A model generated the notes under the pieces. That model did not search any database. It had not been told where the DNA came from and saw only the letters and a program-made list of their open reading frames with translations. A stretch of DNA of 37,793 nucleotides. Source: Actinomycetota bacterium (GTDB taxonomy: Bacteria > Actinomycetota > Actinomycetes > S36-B12). The stretch spans positions 1-37,793 of the forward strand of contig CANJCG010000003.1 in NCBI GenBank assembly GCA_947472655.1. The letters are read 5' to 3'. Below are positions 26,741-35,575 of the stretch, piece by piece; the stretch's first letter is position 1; each line of letters begins with the position of its first letter. The translations under genes and the position numbers were made by a program.

Positions 26741-28292
26741 CGTTGATCTTGTTTGCCATTATTCGCAGCCACGAAGGATTGTCGTGATTACGTTTTACCG
26801 GCTCAGGCAGATGAATCCAGGTGGCCAAACGACCATCTTTAGCCACCAAACGAAGACGCTCCTCAGTAGCGATCCGAACATCACCTGGACACACCACTAA
26901 AACTCGATCTAACGCACGCAAGCGTGAGTGTGCGTCGATGGGGAACGGCTCATTTTCTCGAACGATCAAAGACACTACTGCGCCCTTGGGTAGTCCCAGT
27001 TCACTAATAAACACCCCAATTAGGCCCGACCCTTGCGGAACATCCAAGGCTAAGACGACTGCATTCATCGCGTCTAAGGGCGCACTTTCAAGATCGAATT
27101 CCGCAGCTTCAGTTGGCAAGGTGACACCAAGTCTTTTTGCCAGCACTGGCAGCAACGAGGTCTGTACTGCCAGCAGCACGATTACTACGATCACGGTGGC
27201 ATCAAAAACTTGTTCAGCGCCAGTTACTGCAAGCCCTAATGGAATTGCCGCAAATACAATCGGCACGGCTCCGCGCAAACCAGCCACACTGACAAAAACT
27301 CGTTCTCTTAGCCCCCATCTAAAGGGAGTCAAAGAGACAAAGGACGCGATGGGACGTGCGATGAACACCAACGTCACTCCAGCAACTGCTGCAATACCTA
27401 GTGCTGCTGGCAAGCGACTCACGTCTACGAGAAGTCCGAGCATGACGAAAAGCCCAATTTCTGAGATCCAGGCCAGCCCATCAGCAAAACCAATGATGGA
27501 TCGTCGGTGAGGAAGTCGCGTTGCAGAGCCTAGGAGCACTGCGCCGATATACACCGCCAGGAAACCTGAAACGTGAATGAAGTCAGCTAATGCGAAAGTG
27601 CCAACAAGCATTGCCATCGCTGCGATCGGATACAGCCCAACAGCCGACAACGCCAATCGCGGCAAAATCCATCGCGCAGCAAGGCCGCCAAGAACACCAA
27701 TGATGGCACCGCCTATTAATTCACCAAAGATCTGTAGCGAAATAAGCCACCAAGGAGAATCAGTAAATGCGCCGCTCGCAATCAGGCTGACTAACACCAC
27801 AACGGGAGCATCGTTGAATCCGGCTTCACCTTCAAGCAATGTGCGCAATCTTGGAGCCAACTTCAACTTGCGAAGAACGGAAAACACTGCGGCTGCATCT
27901 GTCGCAGCAAGAACCGCGGCTAAGAGCACCGCATTACTTGTGGACATTCCGGTAAAGAAAATGAGCGGAACTGCAACGACTCCAATGCTTGCCAGCACAC
28001 CGACAGATGCCAAAGTAACCGCCGGCCACAACACTGGACGCAATTCCGAAATTCGGGTGGTTAACCCTCCCTGAACCAAAATCAGCACGAGTGCGACGTA
28101 ACCAAGGATTGCAGCAAGTTCAGCATCTTGAAAATTGAGTTGGTCAAAAAATGTTCCCAGGAAAAGTCCGATACCTAGGTAGAGCAACAACCCAGGTACC
28201 CCGAGTCGCCCAGCAAAACGAACTCCGAGAATGGAGATCAAAACAATTACTGCCCCAAGGAGCAACGCCGGAGCAAGGGAATCCAGCGTCAT
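26718..28292 (-). CDS. Potassium/proton antiporter (CPA1, NhaP2/CvrA-like) with TrkA-C domain
   Basis: ATDAAAVFSVLR, EGEAGFNDAP, GLRGAVPIVFA; about 12 TM helices plus C-terminal RCK_C. Confidence 0.9.
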   Translation of the reverse strand: MTLDSLAPALLLGAVIVLISILGVRFAGRLGVPGLLLYLGIGLFLGTFFDQLNFQDAELAAILGYVALVLILVQGGLTTRISELRPVLWPAVTLASVGVLASIGVVAVPLIFFTGMSTSNAVLLAAVLAATDAAAVFSVLRKLKLAPRLRTLLEGEAGFNDAPVVVLVSLIASGAFTDSPWWLISLQIFGELIGGAIIGVLGGLAARWILPRLALSAVGLYPIAAMAMLVGTFALADFIHVSGFLAVYIGAVLLGSATRLPHRRSIIGFADGLAWISEIGLFVMLGLLVDVSRLPAALGIAAVAGVTLVFIARPIASFVSLTPFRWGLRERVFVSVAGLRGAVPIVFAAIPLGLAVTGAEQVFDATVIVVIVLLAVQTSLLPVLAKRLGVTLPTEAAEFDLESAPLDAMNAVVLALDVPQGSGLIGVFISELGLPKGAVVSLIVRENEPFPIDAHSRLRALDRVLVVCPGDVRIATEERLRLVAKDGRLATWIHLPEPVKRNHDNPSWLRIMANKINVIFSHDQ

Positions 28293-28297
28293 CGCTG

Positions 28298-29194
28298 TTA
28301 CCTCGAACCTAGACCGAGAGCTTCGTACACCTGCAAGGTAGAAGTTGAACGATTCAATGTGTAGAAGTGCAAACCTGGCGCACCCATTTCTAGTAGTTCA
28401 TTCGATATTTCTACGGCAATCTCCACACCCAATTTGCGCACCGCATCATCGTCATCCTTAATTCCTTCAAAGCGCGCAGCAAGCTCCGGGGGAAATGCGG
28501 CGCCTGAAAGTTCTGCGAATCGTGAGATCTGAGCCACGTTGGTTACAGGCATCAAGCCCGGGATTATTGGCATTGTGACGCCGTGAGTGCTAGCCCTTTC
28601 CAACAGATCTGCGTAGTCACGAGAGCGAAAGAAGAATTGGGTCACCGCAAATTCGGCACCTGCATCTTGTTTTGCGGCAAGAACTCGAGCATCAGTATCA
28701 AGATCTGGCGACGACGGATGTCCTTCAGGGAAGGCGGCAACTCCAACCGTGAAATTGCCAAGTGTCTTGATGAGTTCGACGAGCTCATCTGCGTGTTGCA
28801 AGCCATCAAGATGTGGGGTCCAAGCAGCGTTTGGTCCACCTGGTGGATCACCCCGAAGAGCCAAGATGGTGGTAATACCCGCGTTGGCATACTCGTCAAT
28901 GACGCCGCGAAGTTCTTCCCGGCTTGCCCCTACGCATGTCAGATGCGCCACCGGAATCATCGAAGTTTGTGCTGCGATCTCTGCGGTAATGCGTACGGTG
29001 CGATCTCGAGTGGATCCACCAGCTCCATACGTCACTGAAACAAATGTGGGATGCAGGCGTTCAAGATCACGTACGGTTTGCCACAGGGCCCGCTCGCCCT
29101 CGTCAGTCTTTGGGGGAAAGAGTTCAAAAGAAAAACTTCGGCCACCTTGAGCAAGTAGGGCTCCTAGATCAGCGCCACCTGCCGGATATGTCAT
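28298..29194 (-). CDS. metF: 5,10-methylenetetrahydrofolate reductase
   Basis: SFELFPPK, FVSVTYGAGGS, AHLTCVG, LALRGDPP, TQFFF, LHFYTLNRS. Confidence 0.96.
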   Translation of the reverse strand: MTYPAGGADLGALLAQGGRSFSFELFPPKTDEGERALWQTVRDLERLHPTFVSVTYGAGGSTRDRTVRITAEIAAQTSMIPVAHLTCVGASREELRGVIDEYANAGITTILALRGDPPGGPNAAWTPHLDGLQHADELVELIKTLGNFTVGVAAFPEGHPSSPDLDTDARVLAAKQDAGAEFAVTQFFFRSRDYADLLERASTHGVTMPIIPGLMPVTNVAQISRFAELSGAAFPPELAARFEGIKDDDDAVRKLGVEIAVEISNELLEMGAPGLHFYTLNRSTSTLQVYEALGLGSR

Positions 29195-29200
29195 GAAGAC

Positions 29201-29237
29201 AGCCTAAGGGTGACCTCCCTCTGGCAACCTTTAGGCT
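29201..29237. promoter_or_regulatory. Back-to-back -10 elements for leaderless metF and crtE transcripts
   Basis: TAGGCT on minus (29201-29206), 6 nt before the metF ATG; TAGGCT on plus (29232-29237), 7 nt before the crtE GTG; neither gene has an SD. Confidence 0.65.
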
Positions 29238-29244
29238 TAGTCAT

Positions 29245-30336
29245 GTGAACGCTTTCGCATTACCCCCTATGGATAGCGCCGCCTTTCGTGCGGGCATTCA
29301 ACGTGTGGTTGATCGCGTCAATACCGAAGAAACTCGCAACCTGGCCTTCATTAGCCCAGACCTTGCTCCGTTGATGGATTCTGTGATTGCCCTCATGAGT
29401 GGTGGCAAGCGTCTGCGGCCAGCTTTTTGTTATTGGGGCTGGCGGGCAGTGGCTTTGGAACCTGATCTCATCGCCCACCACGAGGCAGTATTGGAAGCAG
29501 CTGCAGGATTGGAATTTCTGCAATCCTGTGCCCTTATTCATGATGACGTGATGGATGGTTCTGATACTCGACGTGGACTTCCCGCAGCCCATCGAGTCTT
29601 TGAAAAGATGCACGACCAATCGCAATGGGTTGGTCAAGCACCAATATTTGGCATTGGCGCCGCCATCCTGCTGGGAGATCTGTGCCTGGCCTGGGCCGAT
29701 CAGGTTTTTCTCGCAGCACCTCTTCCCATCGAGGCCTTGCAGCGAGCCAAACCAATTTATGATCTGATGCGCACCGAACTTATGGCCGGGCAATACCTTG
29801 ACCTACTCGAGCAAGCACGATCAAACACTTCGCTCGAGCGTGCTCGCACGGTTGTTCGCTACAAGTCTGCGAAATACACGATCGAACGGCCTCTTCACCT
29901 CGGTGCAGCACTTGCAGGGGCAAGCGATGTCGCTATGCAGGCTTTTTCACGCTACGGACTGGCTTTGGGTGAAGCTTTCCAACTTCGTGACGATGTGCTC
30001 GGTGTTTTTGGTGACCCACAAGAAACAGGGAAACCAGCTGGAGATGACATTCGCGAAGGAAAGCGCACGGTGATGGTCTCACTCGCCTACGCGCATGCAA
30101 CTCCCGCAGAACAAGCCACCATGACAGAACTACTCGGAAAGCCTGATCTTGACGAACATGACGTTGCTACGGCTCGTGAAATTTTGAGCTCAACTGGTGC
30201 TCTTGCCCAAACTGAAGTATTGATTGAACAAGGCATCTCCTCCGCGTATGACGCATTAAATAACGCACCGGTTTCAGAAGAAGGCCGCTCGGCTTTAGCG
30301 GATTTGATTGAAGCCTCCACGCGAAGGGCCACCTAA
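29245..30336 (+). CDS. crtE: Geranylgeranyl diphosphate synthase (CrtE/IdsA)
   Basis: GGKRLRP, FARM LIHDDVMDGSDTRRG, GQYLD, KSAKYT, SARM FQLRDDVLG, GDDIREGKRT. Confidence 0.92.
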   Translation: MNAFALPPMDSAAFRAGIQRVVDRVNTEETRNLAFISPDLAPLMDSVIALMSGGKRLRPAFCYWGWRAVALEPDLIAHHEAVLEAAAGLEFLQSCALIHDDVMDGSDTRRGLPAAHRVFEKMHDQSQWVGQAPIFGIGAAILLGDLCLAWADQVFLAAPLPIEALQRAKPIYDLMRTELMAGQYLDLLEQARSNTSLERARTVVRYKSAKYTIERPLHLGAALAGASDVAMQAFSRYGLALGEAFQLRDDVLGVFGDPQETGKPAGDDIREGKRTVMVSLAYAHATPAEQATMTELLGKPDLDEHDVATAREILSSTGALAQTEVLIEQGISSAYDALNNAPVSEEGRSALADLIEASTRRAT

Positions 30337-31856
30337 TGAAGCTCAATCCATTTACTCCTACTCAACAAGTCACCGGCCCTACTGACAATGTGGTGATTGT
30401 TGGAGCAGGCCTTGGAGGGCTGAGTGCAGCAATGCATCTAGCGGCCGCGGGTCGCACGGTCACCGTGTTGGAACGTGAGGATATTCCCGGTGGACGCGCA
30501 GGTCGCCTGAGCGTTCCTACCGCTGACGGTTCGTTCGAGTTTGACACTGGTCCGACAGTGCTCACCATGCCCGACTTGATCGCTGACTGTTTCAACGCTC
30601 TAGGTGAGAACATGAGCGACTGGCTGACCCTTGAACCAGTGAAGCCTCTCTACCGGTCGTTTTATCCCGATGGTTCCGTGCTTGATGTGCATTCCAACAC
30701 CGACGAGATGACTGAAGAAATTCGAAACGTCATTGGTCCAGATGAAGCAGCTGGATATCGCCGCTATGTAGATTTCGTCACTGAGCTCTACCGCTATGAA
30801 ATGAAAGACTTCATCGATCGCAATATCGATTCCCCCCTTGATTTGCTCACTCCAAACCTGGCAAGGCTTGCAGCAATTGGGGGATTTAGGCGACTTGCTC
30901 CAAAAGTTGAGGAGTACCTCAAGGATCCACGCACGCAACGGGTCTTCTCCTTCCAATCAATGTATGCGGGGCTTTCTCCTTACGACGCCTTGGCGATCTA
31001 TGCAGTTATCGCTTACATGGATTCCGTAGCTGGAGTCTTTGCTCCCAAGGGCGGAATGCACGCGGTTCCAAAGGCGATGGCCCAGGCCGCTGCTGCACAT
31101 GGTGTGACTTTTAGGTATGGCGTAGAAGTTGCACACGTGGATCGCGTCGGCGGTCGAGCCACTGCAGTGATTACGACTGAAGGCGAACGTATTCCCGCTG
31201 ACGTGGTCGTTCTTAATCCCGATGTTCCCGTGGCTTTTCGTGATCTCTTAGGCATTGAGCCCTGGTCGATCCGCAGGCTGAAATACTCACCATCATGTTT
31301 TCTTTTCCTTGCTGGCTCATCAGCTAAATACAGCTCAATCGCGCATCACAATATTCACTTCGGAAAGAAGTGGCGCGGAGTTTTTGACGACATAATCCGT
31401 GATCAAAAGTTAATGTCGGATCCAAGCGTATTAGTTACAAACCCAACGTATTCAGACAGGTCTTTGGCGCCTGAAGGTAAAGAGGTCTATTACGTACTCT
31501 TTCCGACTCCGAACCTTGATGCTGATATCGACTGGGTGAAGGAAGGTCCTCGTTATCGCGATGAGGTGTGTCGAGTGCTTGAAGAGCGTGGTTACCGCGA
31601 CTTCACTTCATCGATTGAAGTTGAGAACGTCACGACTCCCCTTGATTGGCAGCAGCGCGGAATGGAACGAGGCGCGCCATTCGCCTCATCACATACTTTT
31701 GGCCAAACAGGACCCTTTCGACCAGGCAATCTCTGGGGACAAAACATCGTCTTCACCGGTTCTGGCACTCGGCCAGGAGTTGGCGTTCCGATGGTGCTGA
31801 TCTCGGGTCGACTTGCTGCCGAGCGCATCACTGGACCTGTCTCAGCGAGGAACTAG
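30336..31856 (+). CDS. crtI: Phytoene desaturase
   Basis: GAGLGGL, FDTGPTVLTMP, FQSMYAG, GSGTRPGVGVPMVLISGRLAAERI; TAATG overlap with crtE. Confidence 0.93.
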   Translation: MKLNPFTPTQQVTGPTDNVVIVGAGLGGLSAAMHLAAAGRTVTVLEREDIPGGRAGRLSVPTADGSFEFDTGPTVLTMPDLIADCFNALGENMSDWLTLEPVKPLYRSFYPDGSVLDVHSNTDEMTEEIRNVIGPDEAAGYRRYVDFVTELYRYEMKDFIDRNIDSPLDLLTPNLARLAAIGGFRRLAPKVEEYLKDPRTQRVFSFQSMYAGLSPYDALAIYAVIAYMDSVAGVFAPKGGMHAVPKAMAQAAAAHGVTFRYGVEVAHVDRVGGRATAVITTEGERIPADVVVLNPDVPVAFRDLLGIEPWSIRRLKYSPSCFLFLAGSSAKYSSIAHHNIHFGKKWRGVFDDIIRDQKLMSDPSVLVTNPTYSDRSLAPEGKEVYYVLFPTPNLDADIDWVKEGPRYRDEVCRVLEERGYRDFTSSIEVENVTTPLDWQQRGMERGAPFASSHTFGQTGPFRPGNLWGQNIVFTGSGTRPGVGVPMVLISGRLAAERITGPVSARN

Positions 31857-31858
31857 CA

Positions 31859-33352
31859 GTGAGCCAAGCCATAACTCTGGAGTCGATGCCTGCTCAGCAT
31901 CTACTCCTACGTCATGGTCTGCCTGGATTTTTCGGAACAACATGTCTTGCCGTGGGTGCACTGGGAGTGGGCTGGCTGCCAGGCACTACAGACCTCCTGA
32001 CCAATCCCATCGTCGATTCATTACGAGGTTCAACTTCTGGATCGCTCATCGCCCGAAGCCTGGTGCTTATTGGGCTAGCGATCCTGCTTCAAGCTTGGCT
32101 GCTTATCGGCGCTGACTTGATGCATCGTGGGACGTGGCCGATTCGCCAATTGCAATGGGTCTTACTGCTCTGGGTTGTTCCGCTCGTCGTGGCACCGCCA
32201 CTGTTTAGTCGGGACGTCTACTCCTATTACGCCCAAGGTCGCCTATTCGAATCTGGCGCTGACCCGACCACAATCGGCGTGGGAAGCTTGCCGGGTTGGT
32301 TTGATATGGGCGCAGACCCGATGTGGACTGAATCCCCAACTCCTTATGGGCCATCGTTCTTGTTGATCGAACGAGCGATCTCCTCAATCGCTCACCCAAA
32401 TGCCTACCTCGCCGCCATCTTGCTTCGCCTGACTTCACTTGTTGGTGTTGCACTGATGGCTATTTACGTTCCAAAACTTGCGAAGGCCTACGGAGTCGAT
32501 GGATCAACCGCACTCTGGCTTGGCGTGCTGAACCCACTGGTGATCATGCACTTTGTGTCAGGTGCCCACAACGATGCCCTGATGGTTGGACTCATTGTTT
32601 TGGCGCTTTATTTAGGCACCTGCAACCAGTGTTTATGGAGCGCGGCACTTATCGGATTGGCAACAACCGTCAAACCCATAGCGGTCCTAGCTTTACCTTT
32701 TGTCGGTCTGCAATTCGCTGGCATGGGAGCCTCATGGATTGCCAAAATCAAGGCTTGGTTGCTCACCGGATTAGCAGCAGTCATCACGATTATTTGCGTC
32801 TATCTCGTGGTCGGATCCGGCTATGGAGTGGTTCAATCTGCCTTTGGCACTCCAGGCAGTGTGCTTACGTGGCTTTCACCCACAACTGCGATTGGTCAAC
32901 TTATTGGCGCCATCACGAGTGCCATCGGTCTGACTTCAAACGCATACACCGTAATTAACGTGGTACATACAATTGGCACTCTCCTTTCTCTCGTCATAAT
33001 TATTTGGCTCCTTGTCACTTCAGATCGGCGTACCCCACTTCGCGGTGCCGCTCTCGCCTTTGGTGCATTAGTAATTCTTGGACCAGTTGTGCACCCCTGG
33101 TATCTCCTGTGGGCGTTGCCGCTATTCGCTGCCGCTGGATTGAATTTTCGGGAACGTCGCATAGCAGTAATTTTGACCATCATCATGGTCGTACACGGCA
33201 TGATTGAGGCCAGCACTGCGGCCGACAATGTTTGGGACTGGTCGGATCTCATAACTTTCGTCATTGCTCTGGCAGTGGTCGCGATCATCGGTTTCGCTAG
33301 CCCCCATGAAAGACATGTCATTCTAGATGCAGGATCGACCGTGAAAGTATGA
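31859..33352 (+). CDS. GT-C polyprenol-phosphomannose-dependent alpha-1,6-mannosyltransferase-like protein (MptA/MptB family)
   Basis: PPLFSRDVYSYYAQG, PTPYGP, LNPLVIMHFVSGAHNDALM, VHPWY; polytopic; start moved to GTG 31859 (GAGGA upstream). Confidence 0.85.
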   Translation: MSQAITLESMPAQHLLLRHGLPGFFGTTCLAVGALGVGWLPGTTDLLTNPIVDSLRGSTSGSLIARSLVLIGLAILLQAWLLIGADLMHRGTWPIRQLQWVLLLWVVPLVVAPPLFSRDVYSYYAQGRLFESGADPTTIGVGSLPGWFDMGADPMWTESPTPYGPSFLLIERAISSIAHPNAYLAAILLRLTSLVGVALMAIYVPKLAKAYGVDGSTALWLGVLNPLVIMHFVSGAHNDALMVGLIVLALYLGTCNQCLWSAALIGLATTVKPIAVLALPFVGLQFAGMGASWIAKIKAWLLTGLAAVITIICVYLVVGSGYGVVQSAFGTPGSVLTWLSPTTAIGQLIGAITSAIGLTSNAYTVINVVHTIGTLLSLVIIIWLLVTSDRRTPLRGAALAFGALVILGPVVHPWYLLWALPLFAAAGLNFRERRIAVILTIIMVVHGMIEASTAADNVWDWSDLITFVIALAVVAIIGFASPHERHVILDAGSTVKV

Positions 33353-34287
33353 GCGTGAAAGAGCTTGATGCTGCCGAAATCACCGATCCGATGGTTCGAA
33401 TGTCTTATCTACGCTGCAAGGCTTTAAATAAGCAATACGGCAAAACATATTATCTTGCAACGCTTTTGCTCCCTCCAGCAAAGCGACCATTTGTTCATGC
33501 ACTCTACGGACTCGCCCGCTATGCCGATGAGATTGTCGATGACATGCAGTCCAATAAGTCTGACAGTGAAAGACGGGCCTGGTTAGAAGAATGGTCGGCA
33601 GCATTTTTTCAAGACCTTGATCGCGGCACGTCTGACGACCCTATTTGTCGGGCTGTCGTTGACACTGCAGTTCGGTGGAAAATCCCACGCGGGTATTTCG
33701 AAGCGTTTTTCACTTCAATGGCAATGGATCTGACCGTTACCGAATACAAAACTTTTGATGACCTCTTCACCTACGTCTACGGATCCGCAGCTGTCATCGG
33801 GTTGCAAGTGGTACCAATTCTAGAACCAAGCCAACCCGCTGCCTATAAATATGCTCAAGACTTAGGTATCGCATTTCAACTCGCAAATTTTATTCGCGAT
33901 GTCGGTGAAGATTTAGACCGCGGAAGGGTGTATCTCCCCCTCGATGAACTAGCAATGTTCGGAGTCACCAGAGCAGATCTAGAAAAACGCATAGCAACTC
34001 CGGCAATCAAGCAAGCTCTTGCGTATCAAATCGAACGCGTGCGCGCTCTCGAGGCAGAGTCACGCATCGGTATATCGATGCTGCATCCAGCAGCTCAGCC
34101 CTGCATCGAAGCCGCCCGCATTCTGTACTGCGGGATCGTTGATGAAGTCGAAAAAATTGACTACGAAGTCTTTTCAAAGCGCGCAAAAGTGCCAACTTCT
34201 AAGCGACTTTTCGTGGCTGTCCCTGCTTGGTTCCAAGCCCGCCGCGCACGTAAAGAATTTGGCTCAGGGGCTATTTCAGCCATCTAG
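33349..34287 (+). CDS. crtB: Phytoene synthase
   Basis: YGKTYYLAT, RYADEIVDD, YVYGSAAVIG, AFQLANFIRDVGEDLDRGRVYLP. Confidence 0.95.
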   Translation: MSVKELDAAEITDPMVRMSYLRCKALNKQYGKTYYLATLLLPPAKRPFVHALYGLARYADEIVDDMQSNKSDSERRAWLEEWSAAFFQDLDRGTSDDPICRAVVDTAVRWKIPRGYFEAFFTSMAMDLTVTEYKTFDDLFTYVYGSAAVIGLQVVPILEPSQPAAYKYAQDLGIAFQLANFIRDVGEDLDRGRVYLPLDELAMFGVTRADLEKRIATPAIKQALAYQIERVRALEAESRIGISMLHPAAQPCIEAARILYCGIVDEVEKIDYEVFSKRAKVPTSKRLFVAVPAWFQARRARKEFGSGAISAI

Positions 34288-34648
34288 GTGGGCCAGATTT
34301 AGGTGTGCGTTGAATTCCGGAGCGGCCAAGCCAGACCCATGTCGACAGTGTTATCAGCACGAGTGCGAAGCCGAAAAGTAGATCTTCGACGGGAGCGAAA
34401 ATTAGCCGACCATCTCCGATAAATGGCGGCGGTGCATCAACTGGCGTCGTCGATCCAATGATGTAATCACCCGCGTAACGCACGATGCGAAAGCCAGTGA
34501 GCACTCCATTGGTGATCAGCTGAAACACAATAATAATTCCGTAGGAAACCCAAAACACTTTCCTGGACACCATTCGGGTGCGTAAGCCGACGACGTCGAT
34601 GAGTACCGCGATAACAACAGCGGACAGACCAAGTTGGGTATAGGTCAT
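34271..34648 (-). CDS. crtYd: Heterodimeric lycopene cyclase subunit (CrtYd-like)
   Basis: Small 3-TM protein; FQLITNGVL, APVEDLLFGF. Confidence 0.8.
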   Translation of the reverse strand: MTYTQLGLSAVVIAVLIDVVGLRTRMVSRKVFWVSYGIIIVFQLITNGVLTGFRIVRYAGDYIIGSTTPVDAPPPFIGDGRLIFAPVEDLLFGFALVLITLSTWVWLGRSGIQRTPKSGPPRWLK

Positions 34649-34980
34649 GACGCATCCTCATCGCCAACGGGCCAATTCCAAACGGCACGAACTGCTTCAA
34701 GGGTTAAAATTGAAGCGAGCGGGACAACGATAAAAAACAAGACTTCGTCGATTGGCACACCGGCAATGACTTGCCATCCAAGAATCTTTTCAAGGTCAAA
34801 AAACCAATGGCCCTGCGAAATCGCATAGGCGTCCCACGCAGTGAAAAGCACGAGCCCTGGAACTATGGACAAAAGCAAACGCCAGATTCGTTTGAGAACT
34901 CGCGTGCGCAGCACCACCTCAAGCCAGATGCTGCCCATGATGATGCAGAGCAAAACTCCCACGTAAGCCAGACGCGACAT
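34645..34980 (-). CDS. crtYc: Heterodimeric lycopene cyclase subunit (CrtYc-like)
   Basis: WDAYAISQGHWFF, GVPIDEVLFF; start moved to ATG 34980; ATGA overlap with crtYd. Confidence 0.82.
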   Translation of the reverse strand: MSRLAYVGVLLCIIMGSIWLEVVLRTRVLKRIWRLLLSIVPGLVLFTAWDAYAISQGHWFFDLEKILGWQVIAGVPIDEVLFFIVVPLASILTLEAVRAVWNWPVGDEDAS

Positions 34981-34998
34981 AAGCGTTACTCTCGCACA

Positions 34999-35565
34999 GT
35001 GGGCAGCCAACTTCGCATAGCAGTTCTTGGTGGTGAGTCAACCGGAAAAACGACGCTTGCTCGGGCCCTATCGGCGATGACGCACGGAGTGGTCGTCTCA
35101 GAAGTCTTACGGGCCTTCGTCCAAGAACATCACCGGGCGCCCAAGCAAGACGAGCAGCGGGCAATCATGCTGGCCCAACGCCAGCGCGAGGATCAAGGAG
35201 CCAGTTCCCACCCGCATGCCTTTGTTTTTTGTGACCCCGCGGTGCTCATGACTGCGGTCTACAGCCAGCTGTATTTCAATGACAGTTCGTTAAACGATCA
35301 AGCGCTTACCTACGCCAAGGACTATGACGCATTGCTTTGGTGTCGCCCTGATATTGCGTGGGTGGCTGAAATTGGCCAACATGATGGTCCAGATTTTCGA
35401 GACCGAGCCGATTTCCTCATCCAGCTGTGGTCAGATGAACTTTGTACGGTTACGAACGTGCTTGAAATCACTGGAGACCTCGACCGGATCCCAAGAGCAC
35501 ACGAGTTGCTGTCTGAACAGTTCGGCAGCGTGTGGCAGAGCGCTGCTCGCCCTGAATCGAATTAG
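34999..35565 (+). CDS. Stand-alone NadR kinase-like P-loop protein (AAA_28 family)
   Basis: IAVLGGESTGKTTLA Walker A, FCD...TAVYS, YDALLWCRPDIAWV; start placed at GTG 34999, 6 nt after TACTCT. Confidence 0.78.
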   Translation: MGSQLRIAVLGGESTGKTTLARALSAMTHGVVVSEVLRAFVQEHHRAPKQDEQRAIMLAQRQREDQGASSHPHAFVFCDPAVLMTAVYSQLYFNDSSLNDQALTYAKDYDALLWCRPDIAWVAEIGQHDGPDFRDRADFLIQLWSDELCTVTNVLEITGDLDRIPRAHELLSEQFGSVWQSAARPESN

Positions 35566-35575
35566 ACTGGTTCAA

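Noticed and set aside
26821-28074. Plus-strand ORFs of 229 and 165 aa
   Set aside because: Antisense to the hydrophobic antiporter gene, a typical artefact
31646-35575. Long N-terminal extensions of the GT-C (31646), NadR-like (34771) and pknL (35324) ORFs
   Set aside because: Each overlaps a well-supported neighbouring gene; domains start at 31859, 34999 and 35576
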